Positions 1 through 9,413 of a DNA stretch of 64,000 bases are shown in pieces. The position numbers and the translations under genes are program-made. The stretch's first letter is position 1, and each line of letters begins with the position of its first letter. The notes beneath the pieces were generated by a model. That model was not told the DNA's origin. It saw nothing but the letters and a program-made list of their open reading frames with translations, and made no database searches. The stretch spans positions 95,449 to 159,448 of the forward strand of contig JBHHVU010000001.1 of NCBI GenBank assembly GCA_046754465.1. Reading direction: 5' to 3'. Origin of the DNA: Nitrospinaceae bacterium. GTDB taxonomy: Bacteria > Nitrospinota > Nitrospinia > Nitrospinales > VA-1.

Positions 1-222
1 CTCAGGCTCATGGGCGACCGGAGATAATCGGTTGGCGCCTTGTGAGTCCCTTGTGCAGCATCGCCTGCCCCGGTCTCTTCCAGGGGAAGAGGCCGGGAAA
101 GATTCTTCCCGCCCGCGGGGACTCACTGGAAATCAAAATCTAATTTGAAGGGACCCCTCTTTCAGTTCCCTGGCGGGTCCATCCATCCCCCCTCTAATTT
201 CAAAACAACCCTCCCGGGGGAA

Positions 223-251
223 TTGACAAACCCCACCCGTATAAGTAAAAT
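223..251 (+). promoter_or_regulatory. sigma70-type promoter upstream of the serine protease gene
   Basis: TTGACA (223-228), 17-bp spacer, TAAAAT (246-251), 63 bp before the ATG at 315. Confidence 0.6.
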
Positions 252-314
252 AACTTCCATGTTTTCAATAAAGTTCAAGAAATTTTTCGCAACTTTTCCC
301 TCCCTCAAGCCTTT

Positions 315-1616
315 ATGAAAAAAAACCTTTTTCCGCTTTCCCTTAAAGTTTCAGTCTTCCTTGCTTTTATGATCCTTGGCCCGGTTTCATCATCGGGCGC
401 GGAAGATGAAAAGTTCTTCCGGGAAGCGTTGGCTTATACCGTAAAAATCCAGACCCGGGTGGAACTGCCCTTTGACGGGGAAAGGAAAGGGTTTTCCACC
501 GGCGCCGGGTTTCTGATCAACGCCGCGCGCGGCTGGATCATGACCAATGCCCATGTGGTGTCCCGGTCCCCTTCGCATGTTTCCGCGGCCTTCCATGGAA
601 AAAGTTTTCAACCGGCGCAAAAGGTGTTCGTCGATCCCTACCTTGATATGGCCCTGTTGAAGATTCCCCCGGCCTCGATTCCCAAGGGGGTCCGGGCCGC
701 ATCGCTCGATTGCGGTGACTTGCCGGAAATCGGCCATTCGGTCGGGGCTTTCGGTCACCCCTGGAAATTTTCATTTACAGGGACGCGGGGCATCATCTCC
801 GGGGTGACCTCCAAACTCGGAGGGGAACTTCTGCAAACCGACGCCCCGATCAACCCCGGCAATTCAGGCGGACCCCTCATCAGCATGCGGACAGGCCAAG
901 TGGTGGGCATGAACACCGCCACTCTGGATAAGGACCAGGACCAAAATACCAATTTTGCCGAACCGATGAAATACTTGTGCCGGATCCTCACACTCCTGAA
1001 AGAGGGACGGGACCCCTCCCCGCCAGACTTGACCATCATGTTTCAGGCAGATCTCGAAGACCATCGGCAACTGATCGTGGCCAGGACTTACCTCGGCCCC
1101 GGCCAGGTCCCCATCCGGGAAGGGGACGTGATCCTCGAAGTGGAAGGCACTCCGGGGACCATCCATAACGAAGGACAGTTCGTTCACGCCCTGCGAGGCC
1201 GGCTGGACCATGTGGTCCTGAAGGTCAAACGGGAAGGAAAGGAAATCTCGATTTCCGGCGCCCTCACTCCGGCGGAGTGGGTGACCCAAAGAAAAGGGAT
1301 CTTTTTTTCGGGAATCCTGTTGGCCCCGAGCCGGTACCGGGACCGGTCGGAAATGAACTTCCCTTTCCGGGTCAATTACGTGGAACCCGGTTCCATCGGC
1401 GAAATCAAAAGAATAAAAAACTGGGACCGCCTCATGTTCGTGGACGGCCACCCGGTCGACAGCCTGGAAGACCTGTTCGATTATCTGAAAAAACATCAGA
1501 ACAGCCGGGGAAAAATCGTGGTCCAACTGAGGGACATCAGCGATTTGGATGACCGCATTTATAATTACAAGGACATTGCCCTCGAGGTAGACCGGCTGAA
1601 ATTTATCGGCCGCTGA
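315..1616 (+). CDS. Trypsin-like (HtrA/Deg-type) serine protease with signal peptide and C-terminal PDZ-like regions
   Basis: TNAHVV (His), DMALLK (Asp) and TDAPINPGNSGGPL (Ser) triad motifs; hydrophobic N-terminus; PDZ-like GDVILEVEG and DRLMFVDG. Confidence 0.88.
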   Translation: MKKNLFPLSLKVSVFLAFMILGPVSSSGAEDEKFFREALAYTVKIQTRVELPFDGERKGFSTGAGFLINAARGWIMTNAHVVSRSPSHVSAAFHGKSFQPAQKVFVDPYLDMALLKIPPASIPKGVRAASLDCGDLPEIGHSVGAFGHPWKFSFTGTRGIISGVTSKLGGELLQTDAPINPGNSGGPLISMRTGQVVGMNTATLDKDQDQNTNFAEPMKYLCRILTLLKEGRDPSPPDLTIMFQADLEDHRQLIVARTYLGPGQVPIREGDVILEVEGTPGTIHNEGQFVHALRGRLDHVVLKVKREGKEISISGALTPAEWVTQRKGIFFSGILLAPSRYRDRSEMNFPFRVNYVEPGSIGEIKRIKNWDRLMFVDGHPVDSLEDLFDYLKKHQNSRGKIVVQLRDISDLDDRIYNYKDIALEVDRLKFIGR

Positions 1617-1965
1617 ATCCCCCAGCTCAATTCATATCTTTCCTTTTTCTTTTCCAACCAGGTCCTTTGTCATACTTTCCTTGTAAAATAAAAACGGTCA
1701 GGCATGGAAACCAGGACGGGACCTGGAAAAAATGGAAAAGATTTTCACCGGATACAAATCCCGGCGGTTTTTTCCATCCGCTCAAAATTTTTTCAATTTA
1801 TTGAAAAATATTAACTTATTAATGATTCTCCCCAAAAACCGGTCTTCGGCTCTCACCCCATTAAAACGTTACATCAAATGTAATATTGAAATTTAAAAAT
1901 AATATTGATACCCTTCAACAATCGCCCCTTATTATACATTTACCATAAAGGAAATGGAGGGAATA

Positions 1966-2211
1966 ATGAAAAAATTATTCGCTGTATTCGCAGGATTCCT
2001 GTTCGTTTTGTCCTTAGCTCTTCCTCTGAATGTTGTTGCGGATGAGGGAAGTTCCCCTGCAGCGGTAGAAAAGTCCTCCGATGACGGTAAGTCCAAAGCA
2101 AAGGAAGAAGGAAAAAAGGATGAAAAAAAAGAAGCTTCCGCAAAAAGCGATGACAAAGGAGGAAAAGAAAAGAAAGAAGCTGATAAAACACCCGAGAAAA
2201 AGGGAAAATAA
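1966..2211 (+). CDS. Small secreted Lys/Glu/Asp-rich low-complexity protein
   Basis: GGAGG RBS at 1956-1960 before the ATG at 1966; signal peptide MKKLFAVFAGFLFVLSLALPLNVVA; highly charged mature part. Confidence 0.75.
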   Translation: MKKLFAVFAGFLFVLSLALPLNVVADEGSSPAAVEKSSDDGKSKAKEEGKKDEKKEASAKSDDKGGKEKKEADKTPEKKGK

Positions 2212-2349
2212 TTGAGTCTTGTTGGGACCCCTATTCCCAAACTTTCTCTTTTACATTAGGCGCTTTTGTAGATAGAAGCACCTTTGAATTTGGCATTTGA
2301 GCGCGGTTGTTTGGATTTAATTAAATCGCTTGAGGGGGCGATATGAATC

Positions 2350-2390
2350 AAAAGGGTTTGTGGCAACTGCCGCAAACCCTTTTTTTATTT
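2350..2390 (+). terminator. Rho-independent terminator (A-tract on the 5' side, so possibly bidirectional)
   Basis: AAAAGGGTTTGTGGC-AACT-GCCGCAAACCCTTTT hairpin followed by a T-run. Confidence 0.85.
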
Positions 2391-2628
2391 GTGCGCCCGG
2401 CAGGGCGCACCTACTTGGAGGTGCAAGTCCTCTACAGGCCCGGCAAGGGGAACTGTTAGCCGGACGGCAAGGGTGTCCACCGCGAGGTGGAATCTGAAGG
2501 AAGCCGCAGGCAAAGCGCTGGTCCGACGAACAGAAATCGCATATGAATCCGGATACTCATACAAAATGCCGTTTACACACTTTTTCTGATAGACCTGACG
2601 GTGGGGGTAACTCCGCCTCCTACCCGAT
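2391..2628 (+). mobile_element. Internally deleted group II intron, class IIC (5' domain I part plus domain VI/3' end; no RT ORF)
   Basis: Starts GTGCGCCCGGCA immediately after a terminator. IIC-like domain I motifs GTGCAAGTCC, GTTAGC, GCAAGGGTGTCC, GGAATCTGAAGGAAGC, GGCAAA, GAACAGAAATCGCATATGA. Ends GACGGTGGGGGTAACTCCGCCTCCTACCCGAT (DVI with bulged A, terminal AY). Confidence 0.82.
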
Positions 2629-2875
2629 TCGGCGGTTTACAATTCGCCCTGAAAAAATTCGCATCCTTCTCTTCCGGTTCCCCGTATTCCAACCTTGCCC
2701 CTTGTGGGTTCCCTTTCCAGAAGGTTTTTTTTCCAGCCCACCCTGTAAAGATTTTCAGTTGGGGATTGGGTCCTCCTCAAAAACCCCGTATTATAATAAA
2801 ATATCAAGCAGGAACCCGTTCCTGATAACTCCGCGATTTCACCTTAATGAGTACATTGAGGGGTTAATAATCATC

Positions 2876-3730
2876 ATGCTTTGGATCATTTTTTGGGGAA
2901 CAAGGTTGTTCCGGTTTTTCCGGTATCGGGGAACCGGAAATTTGGCAGCGGCCCTGACGTTAATGCTCATTCCGGCCAACGGGTTGGCGGCGCCCTTCAA
3001 CCTCGAATCCCGGGATGGAATCGCGCGCTATCGCCAAAAAGACTTCCAACGGGCGGAACAAAAGTTTCTCGAAGCCCAAAAGGAACATCCCAACGATCCC
3101 AAGTTAACCTATAACCTGGCCAACAGCCAATACATGCAGGGCAAATATAACGAGGCGCTTCAGTCCTATACCCAGGCCGCCGCGGGAAAATCGGCCCCGG
3201 CAATAAAACAACGGGCTCTGTACAACAAAGGAAACGCGCTTTACCGGTTAGGGAAACTCGAGGCTTCCGCCAAGGCCTACAAAAAGGCGCTGGAACTGGA
3301 TCCTCACGACATGGATGCCAAGTTCAATCTGGAATTCGTGAGGGAAAAGATAAAAAAGAATCAACGCCGGGAAAGAAAAAACAAGAGAAAGAAGGATTCC
3401 CCCTCCGGTAATAACCGGCCCGGGGAAAACAACTCTTCATCCGCGAACGAACAGCAGGACCGCGAGGGAGAAACGTCCCCCGGACGGTCGCCGGAAGACT
3501 CCAGGGAGCCCTTCAGCCCCGAGGATTCCTCCCCCCCACTTCCCGCTTCCCCCGCGAAAGAGCAAACCAACGGCAAACCTCTGGGTCCGGCCAAACCCGT
3601 TCAACCGGCCCTCACCAAGGAGGAAGCCGAACGATGGTTGAGTTCCCTCAATGAGGACCTGAAAACATTTCGCCAGAAACAGGCCAAGGGCGGCGAGAGG
3701 GCCTCCGGAACTCAAATAAGGGATTGGTGA
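2876..3730 (+). CDS. TPR protein, BatC-like
   Basis: TPR motifs YNLANSQY and YNKGNALY, DAKFNLEFV, charged linker, C-terminal AERWL...RDW. Start placed at ATG 2876 (GAGGGG upstream) because the ORF-track 5' extension overlaps the intron remnant. Confidence 0.75.
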   Translation: MLWIIFWGTRLFRFFRYRGTGNLAAALTLMLIPANGLAAPFNLESRDGIARYRQKDFQRAEQKFLEAQKEHPNDPKLTYNLANSQYMQGKYNEALQSYTQAAAGKSAPAIKQRALYNKGNALYRLGKLEASAKAYKKALELDPHDMDAKFNLEFVREKIKKNQRRERKNKRKKDSPSGNNRPGENNSSSANEQQDREGETSPGRSPEDSREPFSPEDSSPPLPASPAKEQTNGKPLGPAKPVQPALTKEEAERWLSSLNEDLKTFRQKQAKGGERASGTQIRDW

Positions 3731-3743
3731 GAGAGAAATTTTA

Positions 3744-5561
3744 ATGAATCGTGTTTTTTGTTCCATCATTATTCGAGGAGTTTTCATCGGGCTGACAGGG
3801 CTCTTCTTCATTATGGGAACGGGGTCCCTTTCCCTTGCGGAAGAGATCGGTCTCCAGGCGACGGTGGACACCAACGAATTGACGTTGGAGGACAGCCTCC
3901 GGTTGTCCATCACTGTCAAAGGAGTTCAAAACGCGCCCTCCCCCGAATTACCGCCCCTACCCAATTTCCGCGTCCAATCCGCCGGAACCTCTTCGGCCAC
4001 TGAAATTGTGAATGGAGTCACGAATGTTCAAGTGACTTATGATTACCGGCTGACCCCAAAACAAACAGGAACCTTCGTGATCGGACCCGCCCGCCTTGAA
4101 CTGGCCGGAATCGTTTATAAATCCGATCCCATCACCGTGACCGTCAAGAAGCCCTCGGGGAAAAAGACCCAGGCGCGTTCCCTGGCTTATGTAGAAACCT
4201 TTGTTTCCAACCCCCGGCCATTCGTGAACGAGCAGGTGATCTACACCTTCAAACTCTATCGCAGGCTGGATGCGAAAAACCTGGACCTCAGCATGTCCTT
4301 CGACGATACCGATTTCCGCAAGGAAGACATGGAAGACGCCCGGACCTACAACCAGGTCATCAACGGCATTCCCTACCAGCTCCATGAACTTTCCGTCGCG
4401 CTTTTTCCCATCCACGCGGGGCGGGTAAAAATTCCTGCGGCGGTTCTGGAACTGGACCTCATCAACCGATCCAAAAAAGGGGCGGGGCGGGACCCTTTTT
4501 CGATGTTTTTCGAGGATCCGTTTTTTGCCTCCGGCGCCAAAACGGTCCATAAAGTCTTAAGAGCCGAGCCCATCGAGGTCGAGGTCCAGCCTTTACCCGA
4601 AAAGGGGCGGCCGCCGGATTTTTCCAACCTGGTCGGCCCGGTGGAGATTTCCGCCCACCTGGAAAAGGAGCAACTTGAAGTGGGAGACAGCGCCACCCTG
4701 ACCGTCACCGTTTCCGGTCCAGGCAATGTGAAGGATTTCTCGCTCCCCTTTCCGGACCTGCGGTCGACTTTCAAGGTGTACCCGGACCAGCCCGAGGTCA
4801 AACGAACCGTCAAGGAGAACAACCTGACGGAGGAAAAGATATTCCGGTTCGCCCTGGTTCCCTTAAAAGAAGGGGAATTCATGCTGCCCCCCCTGGGCCT
4901 GTCTTATTTCGACCCTGTCCGGGAAAAATATGAGCGCGCGGAGACCCGGCCCTTTGCCTTGTCGGTGCTGCCTTCCTCCGGGGAGGAAAAATTGAAGGTC
5001 AGTGAACCGGAGCGTCCCGAAGAATCGGAACCCGAAAATAAAGTTAAAATTATCGGAGAAGATATCTTTCCGATTCATACCCGTTTGGCGGATTTCCGGA
5101 ATATGGCCTTCACCGCATCGGACGTGGGCCGGTTCGCGATGGGATTCCTTTTTCCTCCCGCTCTTTTCTTCGCCCTAGCGGGAGTCATCCGGCACCGGCA
5201 GCGCCTGAAATACGATGTGGCATTTTTCCGGAGTTGGAACGCCTTCAAAATGGCCGATCAACGGTTGAAACAGCTTTCCGGCTCACCCAACAGCAACCCC
5301 AAGGAATTCGTCAAGGAACTTTCCGAGATTCTCCGGGAATACATTGGCAACAAACTGAACCTGCGGGGAAAAGCCATCACCTCCCGGGAGGTGGAAAGCA
5401 AGCTGAAGGAAAAACATTATTCCAAAGAACTGGCCTCCTCCGTGCGTAGATTGCTCGAAAAATACGAATCCCTGCAGTACGGTCCCAAAACGTTCGACAA
5501 CCGCAAGGAACTGTTCAAGGAATCGGTCAAAATTTTAAAACGGCTGGAGAACCGGACATGA
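3744..5561 (+). CDS. batD: BatD-family protein
   Basis: Signal region, repeated beta-sandwich segments (ATVDTNEL..., YVETFVSNPRPFVNEQ, VGDSATLTVTVSGPGN), C-terminal TM and helical tail; lies between two TPR genes. Confidence 0.8.
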   Translation: MNRVFCSIIIRGVFIGLTGLFFIMGTGSLSLAEEIGLQATVDTNELTLEDSLRLSITVKGVQNAPSPELPPLPNFRVQSAGTSSATEIVNGVTNVQVTYDYRLTPKQTGTFVIGPARLELAGIVYKSDPITVTVKKPSGKKTQARSLAYVETFVSNPRPFVNEQVIYTFKLYRRLDAKNLDLSMSFDDTDFRKEDMEDARTYNQVINGIPYQLHELSVALFPIHAGRVKIPAAVLELDLINRSKKGAGRDPFSMFFEDPFFASGAKTVHKVLRAEPIEVEVQPLPEKGRPPDFSNLVGPVEISAHLEKEQLEVGDSATLTVTVSGPGNVKDFSLPFPDLRSTFKVYPDQPEVKRTVKENNLTEEKIFRFALVPLKEGEFMLPPLGLSYFDPVREKYERAETRPFALSVLPSSGEEKLKVSEPERPEESEPENKVKIIGEDIFPIHTRLADFRNMAFTASDVGRFAMGFLFPPALFFALAGVIRHRQRLKYDVAFFRSWNAFKMADQRLKQLSGSPNSNPKEFVKELSEILREYIGNKLNLRGKAITSREVESKLKEKHYSKELASSVRRLLEKYESLQYGPKTFDNRKELFKESVKILKRLENRT

Positions 5562-6319
5562 GTCTACGTTTGGCAACGATTTTGCTCCTGTTCACGGTTT
5601 GGACCCTCGGCGCCGCGGTTTGCGGTCATGCTGAACCTACAGGATATTTAAACCGGATATCCCGGGCCAACGATCTTTATCTCAACAAAAAATACCGGGA
5701 AGCGGCGGGAATTTATGAGGACCTGATCGGCCAGGGGCTTCAAAATGGTTACCTCTACTACAATTTGGGGAATACGTATATGCGCCTGGACAAAATCGGA
5801 CCGGCGATTCTCAATTATATTAAGGCAAAACGGCTCCTTCCGCGGGATGAATCCCTCAACGCCAACTTTCGCTACGCCTTCCGGAAAACCAAGGACCAGA
5901 TCGAACCTACATCCACCGGATGGTTGCGGACCATTTTCTTCTGGCTGGATGACTTCAACCTGAGGGAGCATCTCCAGATTCTTGTCTTCATTTCCCTGCT
6001 ATTCTGGATCACCGTGACCTTCTGGTACATCCGGAGAACGGGCGGATGGGACTTGGCCCGGAAATCAATGCTGACCATTCTATTGACCTCCCTGATATCC
6101 ACCGGTGCTAAAATAGGAGTGGAATCCCATTCCCGAATCGGGGTGGTCCTGCCGGTGGAGATGGATGTGAAGTCGGCGTTGGGTCCGGAAAACGTGACCC
6201 TGTTCCAACTCCATGAAGGAGCCATCGTATCCGTCCTCGACCACCAGGAGGGATGGTATCGTATAGACCTGAGCGATGGAAACAACGGTTGGGTGCCCGA
6301 AAATTTTATTGGTCTGTAA
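5558..6319 (+). CDS. BatE-like TPR + TM + SH3b protein
   Basis: YYNLGNTY...GPAILNYIKA TPR, two TM segments, SH3b-like LFQLHEG...GWV; ATGA overlap with batD. Confidence 0.8.
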   Translation: MSLRLATILLLFTVWTLGAAVCGHAEPTGYLNRISRANDLYLNKKYREAAGIYEDLIGQGLQNGYLYYNLGNTYMRLDKIGPAILNYIKAKRLLPRDESLNANFRYAFRKTKDQIEPTSTGWLRTIFFWLDDFNLREHLQILVFISLLFWITVTFWYIRRTGGWDLARKSMLTILLTSLISTGAKIGVESHSRIGVVLPVEMDVKSALGPENVTLFQLHEGAIVSVLDHQEGWYRIDLSDGNNGWVPENFIGL

Positions 6320-6351
6320 ACGGAATCCGGGATTCCTGAAAGGAGTGTTCC

Positions 6352-8568
6352 ATGCCCGTTAAACTTCCACAATCCGGCGGCGGCTGGGGGGCGATATTCT
6401 ATTCCCTGAAACTGGCCCGGCGGGCCGGAGGTATTTGGCCTCTCCTGCGGTCCATGATCACCAAAAACAGCTGCAAAAGCTGCGCCCTGGGCATGGGTGG
6501 ACAAAAAGGGGGAATGCGGAATGAAAAGGGACATTTCCCCGAAGTATGCAACAAATCCATTCTGGCCCAGGCATCCGACATGCAGGGGATCCTTCCCCCC
6601 GATTTCTTTCAGCGTCATGACATCGAATCCCTGAGCCATTGGACGCCCCGTCAGCTGGAATTGAGCGGACGATTGACCCAACCGGTCATCTGTGAAAATG
6701 GCGGTGCCCATTACCGTCCCCTCCCCTGGAACGAAGCCATTGAACAGGTGGCGGACCGTCTGAAATCCACTCCCCCCGGGCGGGCCTTTTTTTACGCCAG
6801 CGGCCGTTCCTCCAACGAAGCGGGATTTCTTTTGCAACTTCTGGCGCGTCAATGGGGAACCAACAACGTCAACAATTGTTCCTTTTACTGTCACCAGGCC
6901 TCCGGCGTCGGGTTGTCGCAAAGCCTGGGGACCGGGACCGCCACGATTGAACTGGAGGACCTGGACTCGGTCGACCTGATTTTTCTGATCGGCGCCAACC
7001 CGGCTTCCAACCATCCTCGGTTCATGCGCACTCTCATGGAAACCCGCCGCCGGGGAGGCCGGGTTATCGTGATCAATCCCGCCAGGGAGCGGGGTCTGGA
7101 AAACTTCAGCGTCCCATCGGACCCTCGGAGTCTTCTGTTCGGATCGGAAATCGCCAGTACATACCTGCAACCCCATATCGGGGGAGATATCGCCCTGATG
7201 AACGGAATCGGCAAGGCTTTGCTGGAAATGGCGGAATCCGACCCCAGGGTGATCGATTCTTCATTCATTGAAAACAGCACCGAGGATTATTCCGCTTACC
7301 GCCAGGACCTGGAAGGCCACTCCTGGGAACAACTGGAAGCCGGGTCGGGTTTGTCCCGGCAACTCATGGAGCAAACGGCGCGGGAATATGCCGAGGCCAG
7401 GAACGTTGTGTTTGCCTGGGCCATGGGGGTCACCCACCACGCACACGGAGTGAAGAACGTGCAGGCCATCGTCAACCTGGCCCTGTTGCGTGGCATGGCG
7501 GGACGAAAAAACGCCGGCCTGCTTCCTTTGCGCGGACACAGCAACGTGCAGGGCATCGGGTCGGTCGGGGTCACCCCCCAGTTGAAAAAGAAGATATTTG
7601 ACAACCTGGAATCCTTGTACGGAATCCGGCTCCCCTCAGAAACCGGAATGGACACCTTGGGATGCCTAGAAGCCGCCAGGGAGGGACATTTAGATTTCGC
7701 CTGGAATCTAGGGGGAAATCTTTTCGGTTCGAATCCTGATTCCCACTTCGCCCGGGAGGCCCTGGGGGAAATCGATTTTATCCTCTATATGAACACCACC
7801 CTGAATCAGGGGCACTTTAACGGACGGGGGAAAACGACGCTCCTTTTACCCGTTGCCGCGCGAGATGAGGAACCGGAACCCACGACGCAGGAAAGCATGT
7901 TCAATTACATCCGCATGAGCGATGGCGGGAGGTCCCGTTATTTCGGCCCGCGGAGCGAGGTGACCGTGATCGCGGAAATTGCGGCGCGCGCGTTGCCCGC
8001 CCAGCCCATCCCCTGGCAGGAGCTCAAGCGAACGGGAAATATCCGTCAAATGATCGGATCGGTGGTCCCCGGATTTGAAAAAATGAAAGACATGGACCGC
8101 ACTCGCCAGGAATTCCAGATTGGGGGCCGCACCCTCCACGCGCCCGCCTTTCCAACGAAAAGCGGCAAAGCCCGGTTCACGGTTTGTGTCCCGCCCCCGG
8201 CCCTGGGGGAAATCCTACCCGAAAACGAGTTCACCCTTATGACCGTGCGCTCGGAGGGACAGTTTAATACGGTGGTCTACGACCTGAATGACCGGTACCG
8301 GGGAGTCTCCTCAAGAAACGTCGTTTTAATGAATGCGGAGGATATACAGTCTTCCGGGCTGCGGGAGGAACAAAGGGTGCGGGTCATAAATCAGACTGGA
8401 AAAATGAACGGGTTGAAGTTGCTTGCCTACCCCATTAAATCGGGCAATATCATGATGTATTATCCCGAAGCCAATGTCCTGGTGCCCCGGCTGCACGACC
8501 AGCAGTCGAAAACACCTTCTTTTAAATCGGTGCGGGTGCGGGTGGAGGGGGAGGAATCGTGCGGCTAA
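6352..8568 (+). CDS. FdhF/YdeP-family molybdopterin oxidoreductase
   Basis: GGGWGAI, CKSC, FYASGRSSNEA, NNCSFYCHQASG, GANPASNHPR, PLRGHSNVQG, TVRSEGQFNTVVY, YYPEANVLVP, SKTPSFKS. Confidence 0.92.
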   Translation: MPVKLPQSGGGWGAIFYSLKLARRAGGIWPLLRSMITKNSCKSCALGMGGQKGGMRNEKGHFPEVCNKSILAQASDMQGILPPDFFQRHDIESLSHWTPRQLELSGRLTQPVICENGGAHYRPLPWNEAIEQVADRLKSTPPGRAFFYASGRSSNEAGFLLQLLARQWGTNNVNNCSFYCHQASGVGLSQSLGTGTATIELEDLDSVDLIFLIGANPASNHPRFMRTLMETRRRGGRVIVINPARERGLENFSVPSDPRSLLFGSEIASTYLQPHIGGDIALMNGIGKALLEMAESDPRVIDSSFIENSTEDYSAYRQDLEGHSWEQLEAGSGLSRQLMEQTAREYAEARNVVFAWAMGVTHHAHGVKNVQAIVNLALLRGMAGRKNAGLLPLRGHSNVQGIGSVGVTPQLKKKIFDNLESLYGIRLPSETGMDTLGCLEAAREGHLDFAWNLGGNLFGSNPDSHFAREALGEIDFILYMNTTLNQGHFNGRGKTTLLLPVAARDEEPEPTTQESMFNYIRMSDGGRSRYFGPRSEVTVIAEIAARALPAQPIPWQELKRTGNIRQMIGSVVPGFEKMKDMDRTRQEFQIGGRTLHAPAFPTKSGKARFTVCVPPPALGEILPENEFTLMTVRSEGQFNTVVYDLNDRYRGVSSRNVVLMNAEDIQSSGLREEQRVRVINQTGKMNGLKLLAYPIKSGNIMMYYPEANVLVPRLHDQQSKTPSFKSVRVRVEGEESCG

Positions 8569-8641
8569 AGCGGAGGACCCGTCTCTATTTTTCAGAAGGG
8601 ATTCCGATTCGGAAGCCTTCCTTCAATTCAAACCGGACAAC

Positions 8642-9238
8642 TCATATATTTCTGGGAGAACATTTTGACTTTTTTAATTCCAATTGGGCAATCAGATTTT
8701 TCCTCTTTTGATCGATGGAGATATCGAAGATGGAGAGCAGCTGGTACATCAACTGATTTTCCTTCATGGGGACGTCGAATTTTTCTCCTGCAAACCGAAC
8801 CATGGGGTGTTCCCCGGTGGACGGCGGTTTGATCCAGGAAAGGCCGTTTTCCAGGATTTCCGCCGTTCTGGAAAGAAGCCAATTTTTATCCCAGGGTTTG
8901 GTCGCATAACAATCCGCGCCCGATTCCAGGCCGCGGACGAAACACTTCCGGTCCCAAACCCCCGTAAGAAGGATGACGGGGACATCGCGCCATTTAGGGT
9001 TCTCTTTGATGGCCCGGCAAAACTCGAACCCGTTCATCCCCGGCATCATGATATCGCTGAAGATGAGTATCGGCTTTCGCCGCCGAATCATCGAAAGAGC
9101 CTTCTCCGCGTTTGAGGCCACCTCGACCACATATTTTTTTTTCTCTAAAGTATGGCGGAGCAAATCTCTTTGTTCCCCGCAATCCTCCACCACCAAAATA
9201 TAAGGGCAGCCGGGTTCCTTACGATTAGACGCGAGCAT
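8642..9238 (-). CDS. Response regulator receiver protein with a short C-terminal extension
   Basis: ILVVED, SDIMMPGMNG (phospho-Asp), VILLT, YATKP; start uncertain (9238 chosen). Confidence 0.8.
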   Translation of the reverse strand: MLASNRKEPGCPYILVVEDCGEQRDLLRHTLEKKKYVVEVASNAEKALSMIRRRKPILIFSDIMMPGMNGFEFCRAIKENPKWRDVPVILLTGVWDRKCFVRGLESGADCYATKPWDKNWLLSRTAEILENGLSWIKPPSTGEHPMVRFAGEKFDVPMKENQLMYQLLSIFDISIDQKRKNLIAQLELKKSKCSPRNI

Positions 9239-9413
9239 TTTAATTTTATTTTTTGGAATTTTTAACGCCTGATCGATTGGGACTGTTGGAGTACAGGGTC
9301 CAAAGCTTGGCAACGTACAGGTAAATTGTGCACTCGCAGCCGCCCGAATGGAGGATCAGGATAATTTCAATGGATTCGGTTGAAAGAGGAACCCGTTGGG
9401 GTCCCCGTAAGGT

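Noticed and set aside
2389..2875. 66-aa ORF 2389-2589 and the 5' extension of ORF 2543-3730
   Set aside because: They overlap the intron relic and have non-protein-like composition; a better start with an RBS lies at 2876
6352..8568. Selenocysteine formate dehydrogenase
   Set aside because: The ORF is uninterrupted with Cys at the NNCSFYCH site; no beta/gamma subunits or fdhD adjacent
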